Assembly (NCBI RefSeq): GCF_006345805.1
Contig: NC_042998.1
Span: 100,750,001-100,814,000 of the forward strand
Reading direction: 5' to 3'
Origin: Octopus sinensis
Taxonomy: Eukaryota
DNA: 64,000 bases
Shown here: piece after piece, positions 24,799-37,111 of the stretch
Layout of the letters: every line of letters starts with the position of its first letter
Position numbering within the stretch: the first letter of the stretch is position 1
The notes under the pieces: generated by a model
What the model was told of the DNA's origin: nothing
Databases searched by the model: none
Seen by the model: only the letters and a program-made list of their open reading frames with translations
Position numbers and translations under genes: made by a program

Positions 24799-25603
24799 AC
24801 ACACACACACATATATTAGCTCATTTGTGATCTAGACAAACAGGTACGTTGGGTAAGTGCTATTGTTGGTCGACCATTAGGTTCCAAGATCACAGCTATG
24901 GCTGGATCTAGGGATCCGTGTGAGGGTTCTGTTATAGCAAGCATATATTATATTAAGGTAAAATCAAAACTAAGGCAGAATAAGCATCTAAAGTCATTTA
25001 GAATAATTTAATTAGAGTAATTCATAATCAATAATTAATTATTGTAAATGATTTGAGATACTCATCCTGCCTTAGTTTTGATTTTTCATCTAATATAATA
25101 TATAAATATATATATCTATACACACTAAGACAGACACACAAATAAATACTTGTGTGTGTGTGTGTGTGTATATATATATTTGAATAAAAAAATGGAACAA
25201 GAATAAAACAGATGACAATAAAATATCTTTACAGATGAACAATATGAAGATGGACAGGAAGAACAACAAAAAAGGACAAAACAAGGATGGACCATTTGTG
25301 GCATTCTCTCCTCAGTCAAGTTTCTAGATTATCATGAATGTATGTAAATATACATACATACACATATATGTACATATATATTTGTGCAAAAATTGATATA
25401 AAATATAAAACATGAATGTACATAAAAGCATCATAAAAATATGAATAAAATTTGTGTATTTCGGTCTGTACTGGAACTCCTCGTTACAAGTATATGATTG
25501 GAACTTTATGATGTCTTTTCAGCCAAAAACAATTAAATTATAGGTTAACCCTTTAGCATTTAAACAGGTCATATCCAGCCCAATATATTCTACCTGTTAA
25601 TAA

Positions 25604-25835
25604 GGTGGCAAGCTGGCAGAATCGTAAGCATGCCAGGCAAAATGCTTAGCAGTAGTTCGTCTGTCCTTATGTTTTGAATTCAAATTCCGTTGAGGTTGAC
25701 TTTGTCTTTCATCCTTTCAGGGTCGATTAAATAAATACCAGTTATTCACTGGGGTTGATGTAATTGACTTAATCCCTTTATCTGTCCTTGTTTGTCCCTC
25801 TATGTTTAGCCCTCTGTGGGCAATAAAGAAATAAA
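25604..25835 (+). mobile_element. SINE family B nested in the MITE
   Basis: ggtggcaagctggcagaatcg head, gaattcaaattccg, gactttgtctttcatcctttcagggtcgat; degenerate TSD atattct(acc)tgtt on both sides. Confidence 0.85.
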
Positions 25836-25924
25836 TATATTCTTGTTTTATGTTCTAACTGGCCAGATCCACCCTCTCATACCTACCCTGCAATGTCATT
25901 CTAAAGATGAATAAAAAATCACAA

Positions 25925-26252
25925 CTACGAGCCAAGTGAAATCATAGTCGCATAACTCGCACCCATGCCAGTGGCACATAAAAAGTACCCTTCGAATGTT
26001 GGGTAATAGGCCATACTTGAGGAGACCTGTCAAGCCAAGTGAAATTGTAGTTGTGGCCGATGCCAGTGTCATGTAACTGGCACCCACTACACTCTTGGAG
26101 TGGTTGGTGTTAGGAAGGGTATCCAGCCACAGAAACCATGCCAAATCAGATTGGAACCCGGTGCAGCTCTCCAGCTTACCAGTCTTTAGTCAAACTGTCC
26201 AATCTATGCCAGCATGGAAAATGGAGGTGAAACGATGATGATGATGATGATG
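25925..26252 (+). mobile_element. RTE 3'-tail insertion nested in the MITE
   Basis: RTE tail motifs, (GAT)7, flanked by aatcaca at 25917-25923 and 26253-26259 (candidate TSD). Confidence 0.8.
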
Positions 26253-26379
26253 AATCACATCTTTGAAATTTCAAAACTACAATACAATTAATTTTTTAAA
26301 ATGTGAATAAATAAGCATTATATTTGACAGAGTAATCTGAATGCTAAAGGGTTAAATATGGTTCTACAGTTCAGTTTTA

Positions 26380-26441
<62 letters not shown>

Positions 26442-26720
26442 GGTATTTGGTATTAATACTGCTTCTATCACTAATAATTATTTTTTAATAAACCTGCTGG
26501 TTATTTGTGACATCAGTGCTTGATAAAACACTGTAATTCTACATATTGTTGGCAGTGAGATTTGGGTGGCATGTGGCGAGTGGGCACCTGTCACTGAAGA
26601 GATGTAGAATGTTGAAATCACAACATCTGCTAATGATACATATATGTGTTCTTTTATGTACCATGCATCTACGAGAGGACCTCTGAAGGTGAATACTGCA
26701 GTATCTAGTGTTCTAGTAAA

Positions 26721-26937
26721 ACATCCATGTTAAGTTGGATATCAAGATTGCCTTTTATTACAATGAAGTAAATTTCTTTTCCCTTTCACTAAAATAATAT
26801 AGATGGACCCATCAGTTGTGATAAAAAGCATCCCAGCCACCATCATTCAGTTTGCTAAAGGGTGACCGTGTCTTTTTATGTATTCTCTCATAAAGGCACT
26901 GGCCAAAAGAACATAATGGACCAAATGTCTATACTCT
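26721..26937 (+). repeat. Dispersed repeat of about 220 bp, copy 1 (unclassified)
   Basis: Near-identical to 51243-51475. Confidence 0.9.
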
Positions 26938-27819
26938 CTCTCTCGCCCCCTCCTACCCCCCGGATTATGGCTGCAACCAGAACTAAAGCTTGAACAGAAC
27001 AGAATTTTTATATAGACATTTGAGTTTTGGCAATTATGAACCTGAAGTCACCATGAGGAATTATGAGAGATTGTGATGTCCAGTTATCTTAATGGAGCTT
27101 GTGGCCATTAATTGTGCTGTTCAAGAGAAGAGAGACAGAACTGTGTTGAAACTATGACCTTTCACTAGTAAGACTTATATAATATCTGAAGTATTACAGA
27201 TCCAAATTAATTTTCAAGCAAGGTTACAAATATATATAATATATATTTAAATATGGAAAAAAAAAAAAGTGACAGGCTATGTAATACTTAGTAAATAAAA
27301 ACAAAAAGCTAAAATTCAATTTCTTTGAGATACACTTTAAAACTAAATCTAGATTAGTAATAGTCTATGTTTACAGCTCGACTAGTGATGTTCAAGAATT
27401 GATTTCAAATCCCATTTGAAACCAATTCACTTTATTTATACAGCTTATGTCCTTTAACTAAGACATGAGTGTCACGTTTACCCCATCTCCTTCTCTACTA
27501 AAATATAAGACCGTAATCTGTAGTCAAATTAACAAAACTAAAAATAGTCTAAGTCAGAGTATGCTCGGAAAAACAACCAGGCTTCTATTTATCCCCATCT
27601 ACTTTCTCGAATTTCCAATATATTATAAAACTTAGCAGGGATAAAGTAGCGTCAATGATTCTTATTCCACCAGTGGTAGTATGACTTAATACAACGGCCC
27701 ACACACAATGAGACGGAATAACATTAAAGCTAGAATATTAAATTACTTTTGTACACTTAGCAGTGCTTAAATAATAACAACAACAACAACAGCAACACCA
27801 ACAACAACAATAATAATCC

Positions 27820-28031
27820 ATTCTGCTATAGGCACAAGGCCTGGAATTTGTGGGGAGGGGAATAGTTGATCACATCGACCTCAGTGTGTAACTGGTACTT
27901 TTTTCATCAACCCTGAAAGGATGAAAGGCAAAGTCAACCTTGGTGGAATTTGAACTCAGAACGTAAAATCAGATGAAATGTCACTAAGCATTTTGCCCGG
28001 TGTGCTAACGATTCAGCCAGCTTGCTGCCTT
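27820..28031 (-). mobile_element. SINE family B
   Basis: Reverse complement begins taaggcagcaagctggctgaatcgttagc; contains gagttcaaattcc and gactttgcctttcatcctttc. Confidence 0.85.
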
Positions 28032-28040
28032 AATAATAAT

Positions 28041-28798
28041 CATTGTTTAACATCTGTCTTCCATGCTGGCATGCAATGGACGGTTTGATTGGGGACTGGC
28101 AAGCCAGGAGGCTGCACCAGACTCCAATCTGATCTGGAAATGTTTCTACAGCTAGATGCTCTTCCTAACGCCAACCACTCTGAGAGTGTAGTGGGTGCAT
28201 TTTACGTTCCACCAGCATGGGAGCCAGTCAGGCAGCACTGGCATTGGCCACATTCGGATAATGCTTTTTATGTGCTACTGCCACAGAGGCCAGTCAGGGC
28301 AGTGATTGGGGGAGGCTGGCATTGACCACGTTCAGATGGTGCTTTTTATGTGCCACCGGCATGAGGAGCCAGTCAGGTGGCACTGGCAACGACCCACGCA
28401 TGAATAGTATTTATTGTGTGCCACTAGTCCAGGAGCCAGTCAGGCAGCACTGGCATCGGCCACATGTACAATTTCCATTTGATCTGATTTTGATTTTACT
28501 TGACTCAATAGGTCTCCTCAAGCATGGCATGTCACTCCACGATTCAATTCAAATGGGCTGGTTATGCGACACTGATGTAAGCTATGGCTATGATCTCATT
28601 TTACTTGCTGGGTCTTCTCAATCACATCATATCTCCAGAGGTTTCAGTCTTTTGTCATTGCCTCTATGAGGCCCATTGTTTGAAGGTCATGCTTCACCAC
28701 CTCATCTCATGTCTTCCTGAGTCTTCCTCTTCCATGGGTTCCTTCTACTGTTAGGGAGTAACACTTCTTCACACAGCTCTTCTCATCCATATGCAACA
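28041..28798 (-). mobile_element. Older RTE 3' fragment (ORF end plus hairpin-unit 3' UTR)
   Basis: HMDEKSCVKKCYSLTVEGTHGRGRLRKT remnant and units ending gtgcttttatgtgccac. Confidence 0.8.
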
Positions 28799-28799
28799 C

Positions 28800-28830
<31 letters not shown>

Positions 28831-28853
28831 TAATAATAATAGTAATAATAATA

Positions 28854-29068
28854 ACTCTTTCTACTAAAGGCACAAGGCCTGAAGTTTGTGGGAGGGCTCA
28901 AATTGATCACATTGACTCCAGTGTTTCACTAGCACTTAATTTATTGACCCCAAAAAGATGAAAGCCAAAGTTGATCTCAGCAGAATTTGAACTCAGAATG
29001 TAGTGGCAGACAAAATACCACTAAGCATTTCGCCCAGTGTGCTAACAATTCTGCTAGCTTGCCGCCTT
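28854..29068 (-). mobile_element. SINE family B
   Basis: Reverse complement starts ttaaggcggcaagctagcagaa; flanked by (ATA)n arrays on both sides. Confidence 0.85.
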
Positions 29069-29081
29069 AATAATAATAATA

Positions 29082-29135
<54 letters not shown>

Positions 29136-29774
29136 CGGCGACGATAATAAATGACAATGGCAACAAAAAACTCCAGATTTGAGTTAACAATAAAAAACTC
29201 TTGAAAAGGAAAGCTAAAATAGCACAGACTTGGGTTTTGCTTTTAATCTAGGTAACGAACGTAAGGATGTAGAGTTTTGACCTGATAAATATATTTAAGT
29301 AAAAATAAATAAATAAATAAATAAGTATACAATTAAATGTAAAAAAAACAACAAATAAATAATATTACAACATAATATTTCTATTATCCTTAGCCCAACA
29401 CCATCAATTATAATAAGCTGGAATGTTGAAACAATGAAAATATTAATCAGTTATATATTAATTACAAGAATTTATTGCACTTATAAACAAATTGTTTCCA
29501 TATGATTATATGCACATACAGGTTTGTATGCGTACATGTGTGAGTGTGATCTCTCACATATGCATGCCTGTGTGAGTGTATATAGGTGTGTATGTATATT
29601 GTTCTGTTTATTGGAAATCTTTATACAGTTTCTATAGAGTTGTTCTTCAAGAAACTCTTTATAGCAATTATTTGAAACAACTATTCTGAGGGTTTATTTT
29701 TAAACTGAGTCTGAAGTTGAATCAAAGAGACAGATGAAATTTATTTGCGAAGATAACAGGCTATCAGTTCATAT

Positions 29775-29986
29775 TGATTTCAAATTTTGATACCAAACCA
29801 GTAATTCCAGGGGAGGGGTAAGTTGATTACATCAACCCTACTTTTCAACTAGCACTTATTTTATTGACCTAAAAGGATGAAAGGCAAAATTGAACTTGGT
29901 GGAATTTGATCCCATAAGGTAAAGACGGATGAAATGCTGCTAAGCACTCTGTCTGGCGTGTTAATAATTCTGCCACCTTGCCACCC
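29775..29986 (-). mobile_element. SINE family B
   Basis: Same head and central motifs as 27820-28031. Confidence 0.75.
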
Positions 29987-30083
29987 TAGTTCAAAGTGTA
30001 GCTAAGACAAGTACAACATTAAAAAGGATCAACAAGAATGTACAACAACAGTCTAAACTGATAACTAGAGTCAATGAATTGAC

Positions 30084-30163
<80 letters not shown>

Positions 30164-30455
30164 CGAGAGAGAGAGGTTATGAGAGGTAATGGTGTCAATA
30201 TGACCCAAAGATGTCAGGTATTGTTGTTATTATTATTTAAGCACTGCTAAGTATACAAAAGTACATATATATACATACTTACACATATACATATATGCAT
30301 ATATATTTTTGCATCTATAATATATGTATATAATTAAGAGAAATAACCTCTATTAAGCAATTCAATTGGTATTCTTCAATATGGTAAGTTATGATTTTAT
30401 TTTTCATTAATATTGTTAAATTTTATTCGATTATTTATTGTTACAATACATACAT

Positions 30456-31852
30456 TCATCATCATCATCATTTAGCGTCCGCTTTCCATGCTAGCATGGG
30501 TTGGACGGTTCAACTGGGGTCTGGGAAGCCAGAAGGCTGCACCAGGCCCAGTCTGATCTGGCAATGTTTCTACGGCTGGATGCCCTTCCTAATGCCAACC
30601 ACTCCGTGAGTGTAGTGGGTGCTTTTTACGTGCCACCGGCACAGGTGCCAGACGGGGCTGGCAAACGGCCATGGTCGGATGGTGCTTTTTACGTGCCACC
30701 AGCACGGGGGCCAGGCAAGGCTGGCAACGGCCACGATCGGATGATGCTTTTTATGTGCCACCGGCATGGAGACCAGTCGGGGCGGCGCTGGCAATGGCCA
30801 CGATCGGATGGTTCGCTTACGTGCCACCGGCACTGGTATCACAGCTGCAATTTCCATTGAGGTTGATCGACTTCGATTTTGGTTCTGATTTCCACTTGCC
30901 TCAACGGGTCTTCACAAGTGGAGTTTTGTGTCCCAAGAAGGAAAGTTATGCATAAGTTGACTGGCTACATCCCAGTCAGAGGCCGTGGGTTATGGTCTCA
31001 CTTGTCCTGCCAGGTCTTCTCACGCACAGCATACTTCCATATGTCTCGGTCTCTAGTCATTTCCTTAGTGTGACCTAAAGTTCGAAGGTCGTGCTTCACC
31101 ACCTCGTCCCAGGTTTTCCTGGGTCTACCTCTTCCACAGGTTCCCTCAACCGCTAGGGTGTGGCACTTTTTCACACAACTATCTTCAACCATTCTCATCA
31201 CATGACCATACCAGCGCAAATGTCTCTCTTGCACACCACAACTGATGCTTCTTTGGTCCAACTTTTCTCTCAAGGTACTTACACTCTGTCGAGTATGAAC
31301 ACTGACATTACACATCCATCGGAGCATACTGGCTTCATTTCTTGCGAGCTTACGCATGTCCTCAGCAGACACGGCCCATGTTTCACTACCATGTAGCAGC
31401 TGTTCGTACACATGCATCATACAGTCTGCCTTTTACTCTGAGCGAGAGGCCTTTTGTCACCAGCAGGGGTAAGGGCTCTCTGAACTTTGCCCAGGCTATT
31501 CTTACTCTAGCAGTTACACTTTCAGCACACCCACCCCTGCTACTGACTTGGTCACCTAGGTAATGGAAGCTATCAACTATTTCTAGTTTTTCTCCCTGGA
31601 ATGTGGTAGAAGTTGGTCTCTGCACATTTTCAGTGTTTATTGCTCCTGAGCATCTGCCACAAACAAAAACTATTTTCCTAGTTAGCCTTCCTTTGACATT
31701 GCTGCACCTCTTATGTGTCCATAGCTTACACTTCGTGCATCTTATAGAGTTTTTACCTACATCTTTTCTACAGATCGAGCAGGCCATCTACCTGAGGGCG
31801 TTTGTGATTTGTCTACCTTCCTACTCATTAGGACTTTGGTTTTGGCTAGGTT
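30456..31852 (-). mobile_element. RTE LINE copy 2, 5'-truncated just upstream of the PHD-type finger
   Basis: ORFs 31386-31787 and 30998-31420 align with the C-terminal part of the copy 1 ORF; 3' UTR of about 540 bp; (CAT)5 tail at 30456. Confidence 0.92.
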
Positions 31853-32203
31853 ATTTTATCATTTTAGACCTGAAGAGTAGCTATATTTTTAAATTGAATT
31901 AATTTTAAATCGAATTAATTTCAATAGTATTGATTTTATTATTATCGATTTAAACATATAGTCACAAAATGTGCATAGTCAATTTAATGTTTATTTAATT
32001 CATTGATTTTTTAAATAATATTTATTATAGCATATTTAAATTTTTTCTATTTAATATGGATAGTGTCTTTCATTATTGAATTGCTTAATAGACGTTATTT
32101 CTCTTAATTATATACATATATTATATATTGTGAAATTTGATCAATTGCTAAATTGAATTTTTCCCTGTAAGTTTGGAATTATATTCCCTACTATTATTAT
32201 TCT

Positions 32204-32267
<64 letters not shown>

Positions 32268-32268
32268 G

Positions 32269-32315
<47 letters not shown>

Positions 32316-32652
32316 TATATATATACACAGAATCATGTAAATAGATAAACAAACAGTCTGATAAGGAAGTCTCTGTTTAGTTACTCTTTTATGTATCTAT
32401 CCCTACATTGCTCAGCAACAGGAGTTGATTTGTTTGCATACCTTTAGATTAACCGTTCAACAAAAGAGAACATTAGATTAAATATCAGACTTAAAATAAT
32501 CACTGGGGCTGAGTTTTCTGACTAAAACCCTTCAAGGTGATACCCCAGCAAGGGCACAGTCCTATAACTAAAACAAGTAAAATTTAAAATAATAAAAAAG
32601 TTATTCAAACACACACACATACACACACACTATGTATGTATGTGTGTATGTA

Positions 32653-32687
<35 letters not shown>

Positions 32688-33674
32688 ATGTATGTGAATG
32701 TGTGTATGTATGTATGTTCTGACAAAGGATCAAGACACCTGACACCTTGTTGTACTCAAGAAGACCCGTACTCCACAGCAGAAGTGTTAAGGCTCCTCCC
32801 TCTGGTAAAGAGGATTGGTCTGCAAGAGTCCTGTGCTGGTGCTAAGTAAAAAGCACTCATGCTAGTGCCATGTAAAAGTGCTTGTGCAGTGCCATAAAAA
32901 AAATATAAAAAAAGAATGGGATAGCCATTTGATAAGAGCTGATCCGGGTTAAACAACAACAAATTTGTTTACCATTGATAGCGTATTATTCAACTCATTC
33001 CTTTTACTATCTTCATTATGACCATCATCTCTATCATGGAGTGAAGAAGGTTATCTGACAGCAACACATGGAACACAGATGATGGCTATCTCAGCTCTAA
33101 AATAGTATGGAATATTACTGCAGAATTCAGGGTTAAGGAATGATATCAGTATATTCAATATTGCTGAGATAAATCTGGAGGAAGAATTCCCAGCTGCCAC
33201 TGATCAGGCATATTCAATACAATCTCTGGAAAGTTCTGATTAGCTCTTGTATAATCATACTTTTAGTGGAATACACTATCATTCATTTGTTTCAGTCATT
33301 GGACTACAGCCATACTGGGGTACTGTCTTGAAAGTTTTAGGTCAAACAAATTTTATCGGTTTTGGGGGCTGGAACTGTTAAGTTATGGGAACATACACAA
33401 AAGAATGGTAGTTGGGGACACCTGCACACGCACACACACACACACCACCACACACACACAGCGCACACACACACACACACACACATATATATACACATGT
33501 GAGTGTGTGTGTGTGTGTGTAATAATATATATATATATATATATACATACATATATACATATGTATATATATATAACATATGTATACATAGATATATACA
33601 TATTCATATATATATATCTATATATGTATACATATTATGTATACACACACAACACCACCACACCACATATATAT

Positions 33675-33707
<33 letters not shown>

Positions 33708-33855
33708 ATACATACATACATAATATATTATATATATATTATCTATATATATAATATATATATATATATATTATAATATATATATATATATACATTATAT
33801 GTATACATATATATATGTATACACACAGATATATGTATACACACATATATATATG

Positions 33856-33886
<31 letters not shown>

Positions 33887-34051
33887 TTTCTTCTTGTTTC
33901 TCTCTGTGTTCCCTTCTGTGGAAGAGTGTAGGCTCGAAATGTTAAACACTTTTTCACTGCCCGAGAGTTAAACTAATACATCTGTTTTTGTCTACACCAC
34001 CTGTCTTCGTCTTTTGCTTTTTTGTGAATTCTCCCCCTATATATATATATC

Positions 34052-34440
34052 ATTATCATCATCATCATCATCATCATCAATTAATGTCTGTTTTCCATGC
34101 TGGCATGGGTTGGACGTTTTGACTGAGGACTGGTGAACCAGATGCCTGCACCAGGCTCCAATCTGATCTGGCAGAGTTTCTACAGCTGGATGCCCTTCCT
34201 AACGCCAACCACTCAGAGTGTAGCGCGTGCTTTTACGTACCACTGGCACAAGGGCCAGTCAGGCAGTACTGGCAACGGCCACGCTCAAATGGTGTTTTTT
34301 AAATGCCACCTGCACAGTAGCCAGTCTAGTGGCACTGGCAATGACCTTGCTCGAATATTTTTCCATGTGCCATTTGCACAAGTGCCAGTAAGGTGATGCT
34401 TGTAACGATTATGGTTGAATGGTGTTTTTTATGTGCCGTG
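34052..34440 (-). mobile_element. RTE 3'-tail remnant
   Basis: (CAT)n next to (TA)n, tttccatgctggcatggg, gatgcccttcctaacgccaaccactc, hairpin units. Confidence 0.85.
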
Positions 34441-34600
34441 TTGAAACAGATATTGTTGTATTGAGCATGTATTGTGATGAAAGGACTCTGGCTGAAATAT
34501 AATTAATGTAAAAAATAAAATTAAGCTGAAGCAAATTAACACCAGAGATATAGTGCGTGTGTTTTTATTGGCTAAACTGGCACCATGACCATCCCTAAAT

Positions 34601-34675
<75 letters not shown>

Positions 34676-34676
<1 letters not shown>

Positions 34677-35079
34677 AGGCACAGGAGTGGCTGTGTGGTA
34701 AGTAGCTATAGGTGCAGGAATAGCTGTGTGGTAAGTAACTTACTTACCCACCACATGGTTCTGGGTTCAGTCCCACAGCATGGCATCTTGGGGCAAGTGT
34801 CTTCTACTATAGCCTCGGGCTGACCAAAGCCTTGTAAGTGGATTTGGTAGACAGAAACTGAAAGGAACCCGTCGTATATGTGTGTGTGTTTGTCCCCGCC
34901 ACCAATGCCACCGATGTTGGTGTGTTTACGTCCTTGTAACTTAGCAGTTTGGCAAAAGAGACTGATAGAATAAGTACTAGGCTTTCAAAGAATAAGTCCT
35001 GGGGTTGATTTGTTTGACTAAAGGTGGTGCTCCAGCATGGCTGCAGTCAAATGACTGAAATAAATAGAATTAAAAGAAA
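34676..35079 (+). mobile_element. SINE family A, full length, with 33-bp duplicated head
   Basis: A-box tggctgtgtggtaag (twice), B-box ggttcagtccc, core gcaagtgtcttctactatagcc, 3' stem-loop cagtc-aaat-gactg (35044-35057). Confidence 0.9.
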
Positions 35080-35100
35080 TATATGTATGTATGTATAAGT

Positions 35101-35254
35101 ACAATGGACTTCTGTATAGTTTCTGTCAACTAAGTTCACTCATAGGCCACTGGTTGATCCAGAGCTATATAGAAGACATTAGCTCAAGTGCTGTACAATG
35201 AGACAACCTAAAACTGTATGGTCACAAAGGAAGCTTCTTAACCACACAGCCATG
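35101..35254 (-). mobile_element. SINE family A, 5' half, inverted relative to the neighbouring copy
   Basis: Reverse complement catggctgtgtggttaagaagcttcc..gtcttctatatagctc. Confidence 0.65.
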
Positions 35255-35314
35255 ATGCTTATTTGAGTTAATTTTGAAAATAAGCAAGAATTTAGTAAAA
35301 TAGTATTTTCACTA

Positions 35315-35464
35315 TTAACCCATTAGTGCTCATGGTCCTTTTTTATGAGGTGTCTTTCGAATATTGTAATAAAAATTTTTTATATATTTAGTATCAGATA
35401 AAGTTGTATAAAAAAGATTTTTGCTAATTTATTAAATAAAAAGAATTGGGCACTAATGGGTTAA
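35315..35464. mobile_element. piggyBac-type MITE family P2 (150 bp)
   Basis: TTAA-CCCATTAGTGCTCA ... TGGGCACTAATGGG-TTAA. Confidence 0.8.
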
Positions 35465-36261
35465 ACTGGAATTTGGAACATAAGAATATTTTAGTTCAAA
35501 TATAAATACTTTAATGTAAGAAGTGTGATATCATGGAACCAGAGGCAATAACAAGCAGGTTGGTATGAAAAGAGCTAAGCAAACAAAAAGGTCAAATTCT
35601 GGTCAAGCACTAAACTAGGAGATATAACTGACTATTTGCTGCTTATCTATATGGTAGAATATATCCTAAACAAGTACTGCAATGTACGCATATAATCTCA
35701 AAATGGTTGGTGTTTACTAGATAGGACATTCTGTGAAATTTTTTGCATTTTTGTCAGGAAACTTCACTGGTGTGTGTGTGTGTGTGTGTGTATGAGAATA
35801 GATATATGTATATCTGGGTGCTTAAGTATATGTGTATACATATAAGAGATGTAGATGTTTGTTTGCGTGAGTACGCATATGTGTGTGTGCGTATACATTT
35901 GTGTGTGTGTGTGTGTGCATACATTTTTGAAGGTATGTGTGCATGCACGTGTCTGTATATAATTGTGTATTTATATATGTAATAAAACATATTCACACAC
36001 ACTCACAAATTTGTGATTATTCACATGTAAATTGGGAAAGAATTCAGCTGTTTACCATGTTGAAAAATAATTCACACTATGCCATGCCAAGTGTCAGTAT
36101 GGTAACTAATATTACAAACACCAGTTCTCACCAAATTACTGATGTTAATACTGTGTACATTAAAAAAAACATATCTTGTACTAAGTATTTAACTAACTAC
36201 ACAGATGGGAAAACCCAAGTAGACAGCATCTAGATGATCACGCACAACAAACAATAATAAT

Positions 36262-36520
36262 GTTCTATATTTAAGAGATGAGGAATCATGTACATTATTT
36301 ACATTATTTACATTCGACAGATATTTGTCCCCATCTTGTTTGTTGTTAACACAACGTTTCGGCTGATATACCCTCCAGCCTTCTTCAGGTGTCTTGGGGA
36401 AATTTCAAACCTGGGTTCTCATTCCTAAGGTATTTTTAGATGTTATTATTATTATTATTATTATTGTTGTTATTGTTCAGGTCACTGTTAGTAGCCCACG
36501 CTCTTAATCACTACGCCATT
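36262..36520 (-). mobile_element. tRNA-headed SINE family H, left arm; hammerhead intact, B-box deleted
   Basis: Reverse complement: aatggcgtagtgattaagagcgtgggctactaac[deletion]agtgacctgaac(aat)n..ccttaggaatgagaacccagg..gacacctgaagaaggctggagggtatatcagccgaaacgttgtgttaac. Confidence 0.8.
36348..36393 (-). ncRNA. Minimal type I hammerhead ribozyme motif
   Basis: GACAC-CUGAAGA-A-GGCUG/GAGGGUAUAU/CAGCC-GAAAC-GUU-GUGUU: full catalytic core, 5-bp stem II, 5-bp stem I (one G-U), palindromic ACGU stem III, GUU cleavage triplet. Confidence 0.75.
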
Positions 36521-36533
36521 TTTGCCTACGGGT

Positions 36534-36771
36534 AAATGGCATAGTGGTTAAGAGCGTGGGCTACTAACCTCAAGATTCCGAGTTCGATTTCAAGCACTGA
36601 CCTGAACAATAACAATAATAATAATAATAATGATTATTAATAAAAATAACATTGAACAATACCTTAGGAATGAGAACCCAGGTTCAGAATTTCCCCAAGA
36701 GACCTGAAGAAACATGTTAACAGCAAACAAGAGGAGGACAAATATCTGTCGAATGTTGATAATGTAAATAA
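36534..36771 (+). mobile_element. tRNA-headed SINE family H, right arm; A and B boxes intact, hammerhead stem II deleted
   Basis: A-box tggcatagtgg (36537-36547), B-box gttcgatttc (36582-36591); hammerhead collapsed to ctgaagaaac (36704-36713). Confidence 0.8.
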
Positions 36772-37111
36772 AACAATAATAACACTTTTTCTTAGTGTTT
36801 AGTCCCAGGTCATTTGTTACTGAACAGATCTATGATAAAAGGTACTTTCAATTGTGAAAATCTTATGTTTAACTCTAGGTCAGCCCTGAGTGTACTGACC
36901 TTTGGATGAGGTATTTCAATTGCAAAACACTGTTTTTTTTCAAATGTCATAAATTTACAAAACTACATTTTTGAATGTCTTCTATGCTCTTTTTTTTTTT
37001 TTTTTGAGTTGATAGAAAAGGACTTGACAGAAATTCAATTGCTATTTCTAGCAGGTTAGTCTTTTCTATACCCTGCACTCCTCAGAAGTGTTTAATTTTC
37101 TTGCTTCTTAG

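Larger units (their letters stand above)
25545..26355. mobile_element. piggyBac-type MITE family P1 interrupted by a family B SINE and an RTE tail
   Basis: TTAA-CCCTTTAGCATT ... AATGCTAAAGGG-TTAA; removing 25604-25835 and about 25925-26252 restores a copy similar to 22256-22482. Confidence 0.8.

Noticed and set aside
31870-31890. ctgaagagtagc next to the 5' end of RTE copy 2, resembling a hammerhead core start
   Set aside because: No closing stem II or GAAA follows. Other CTGANGA matches checked (5382, 13538, 22145) also lack the downstream architecture.
33020-33245. Coding-like composition (SSLSWSEEGYLTATHG...EEEFPAATDQ)
   Set aside because: It has an internal stop, no convincing splice sites and no recognisable domain.
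36534-36600. Possible tRNA gene (A and B boxes, loop CUACUAA); similar heads at 6224 and 61301
   Set aside because: No complete acceptor stem is evident and each head continues into a SINE body, so these are SINE promoters.
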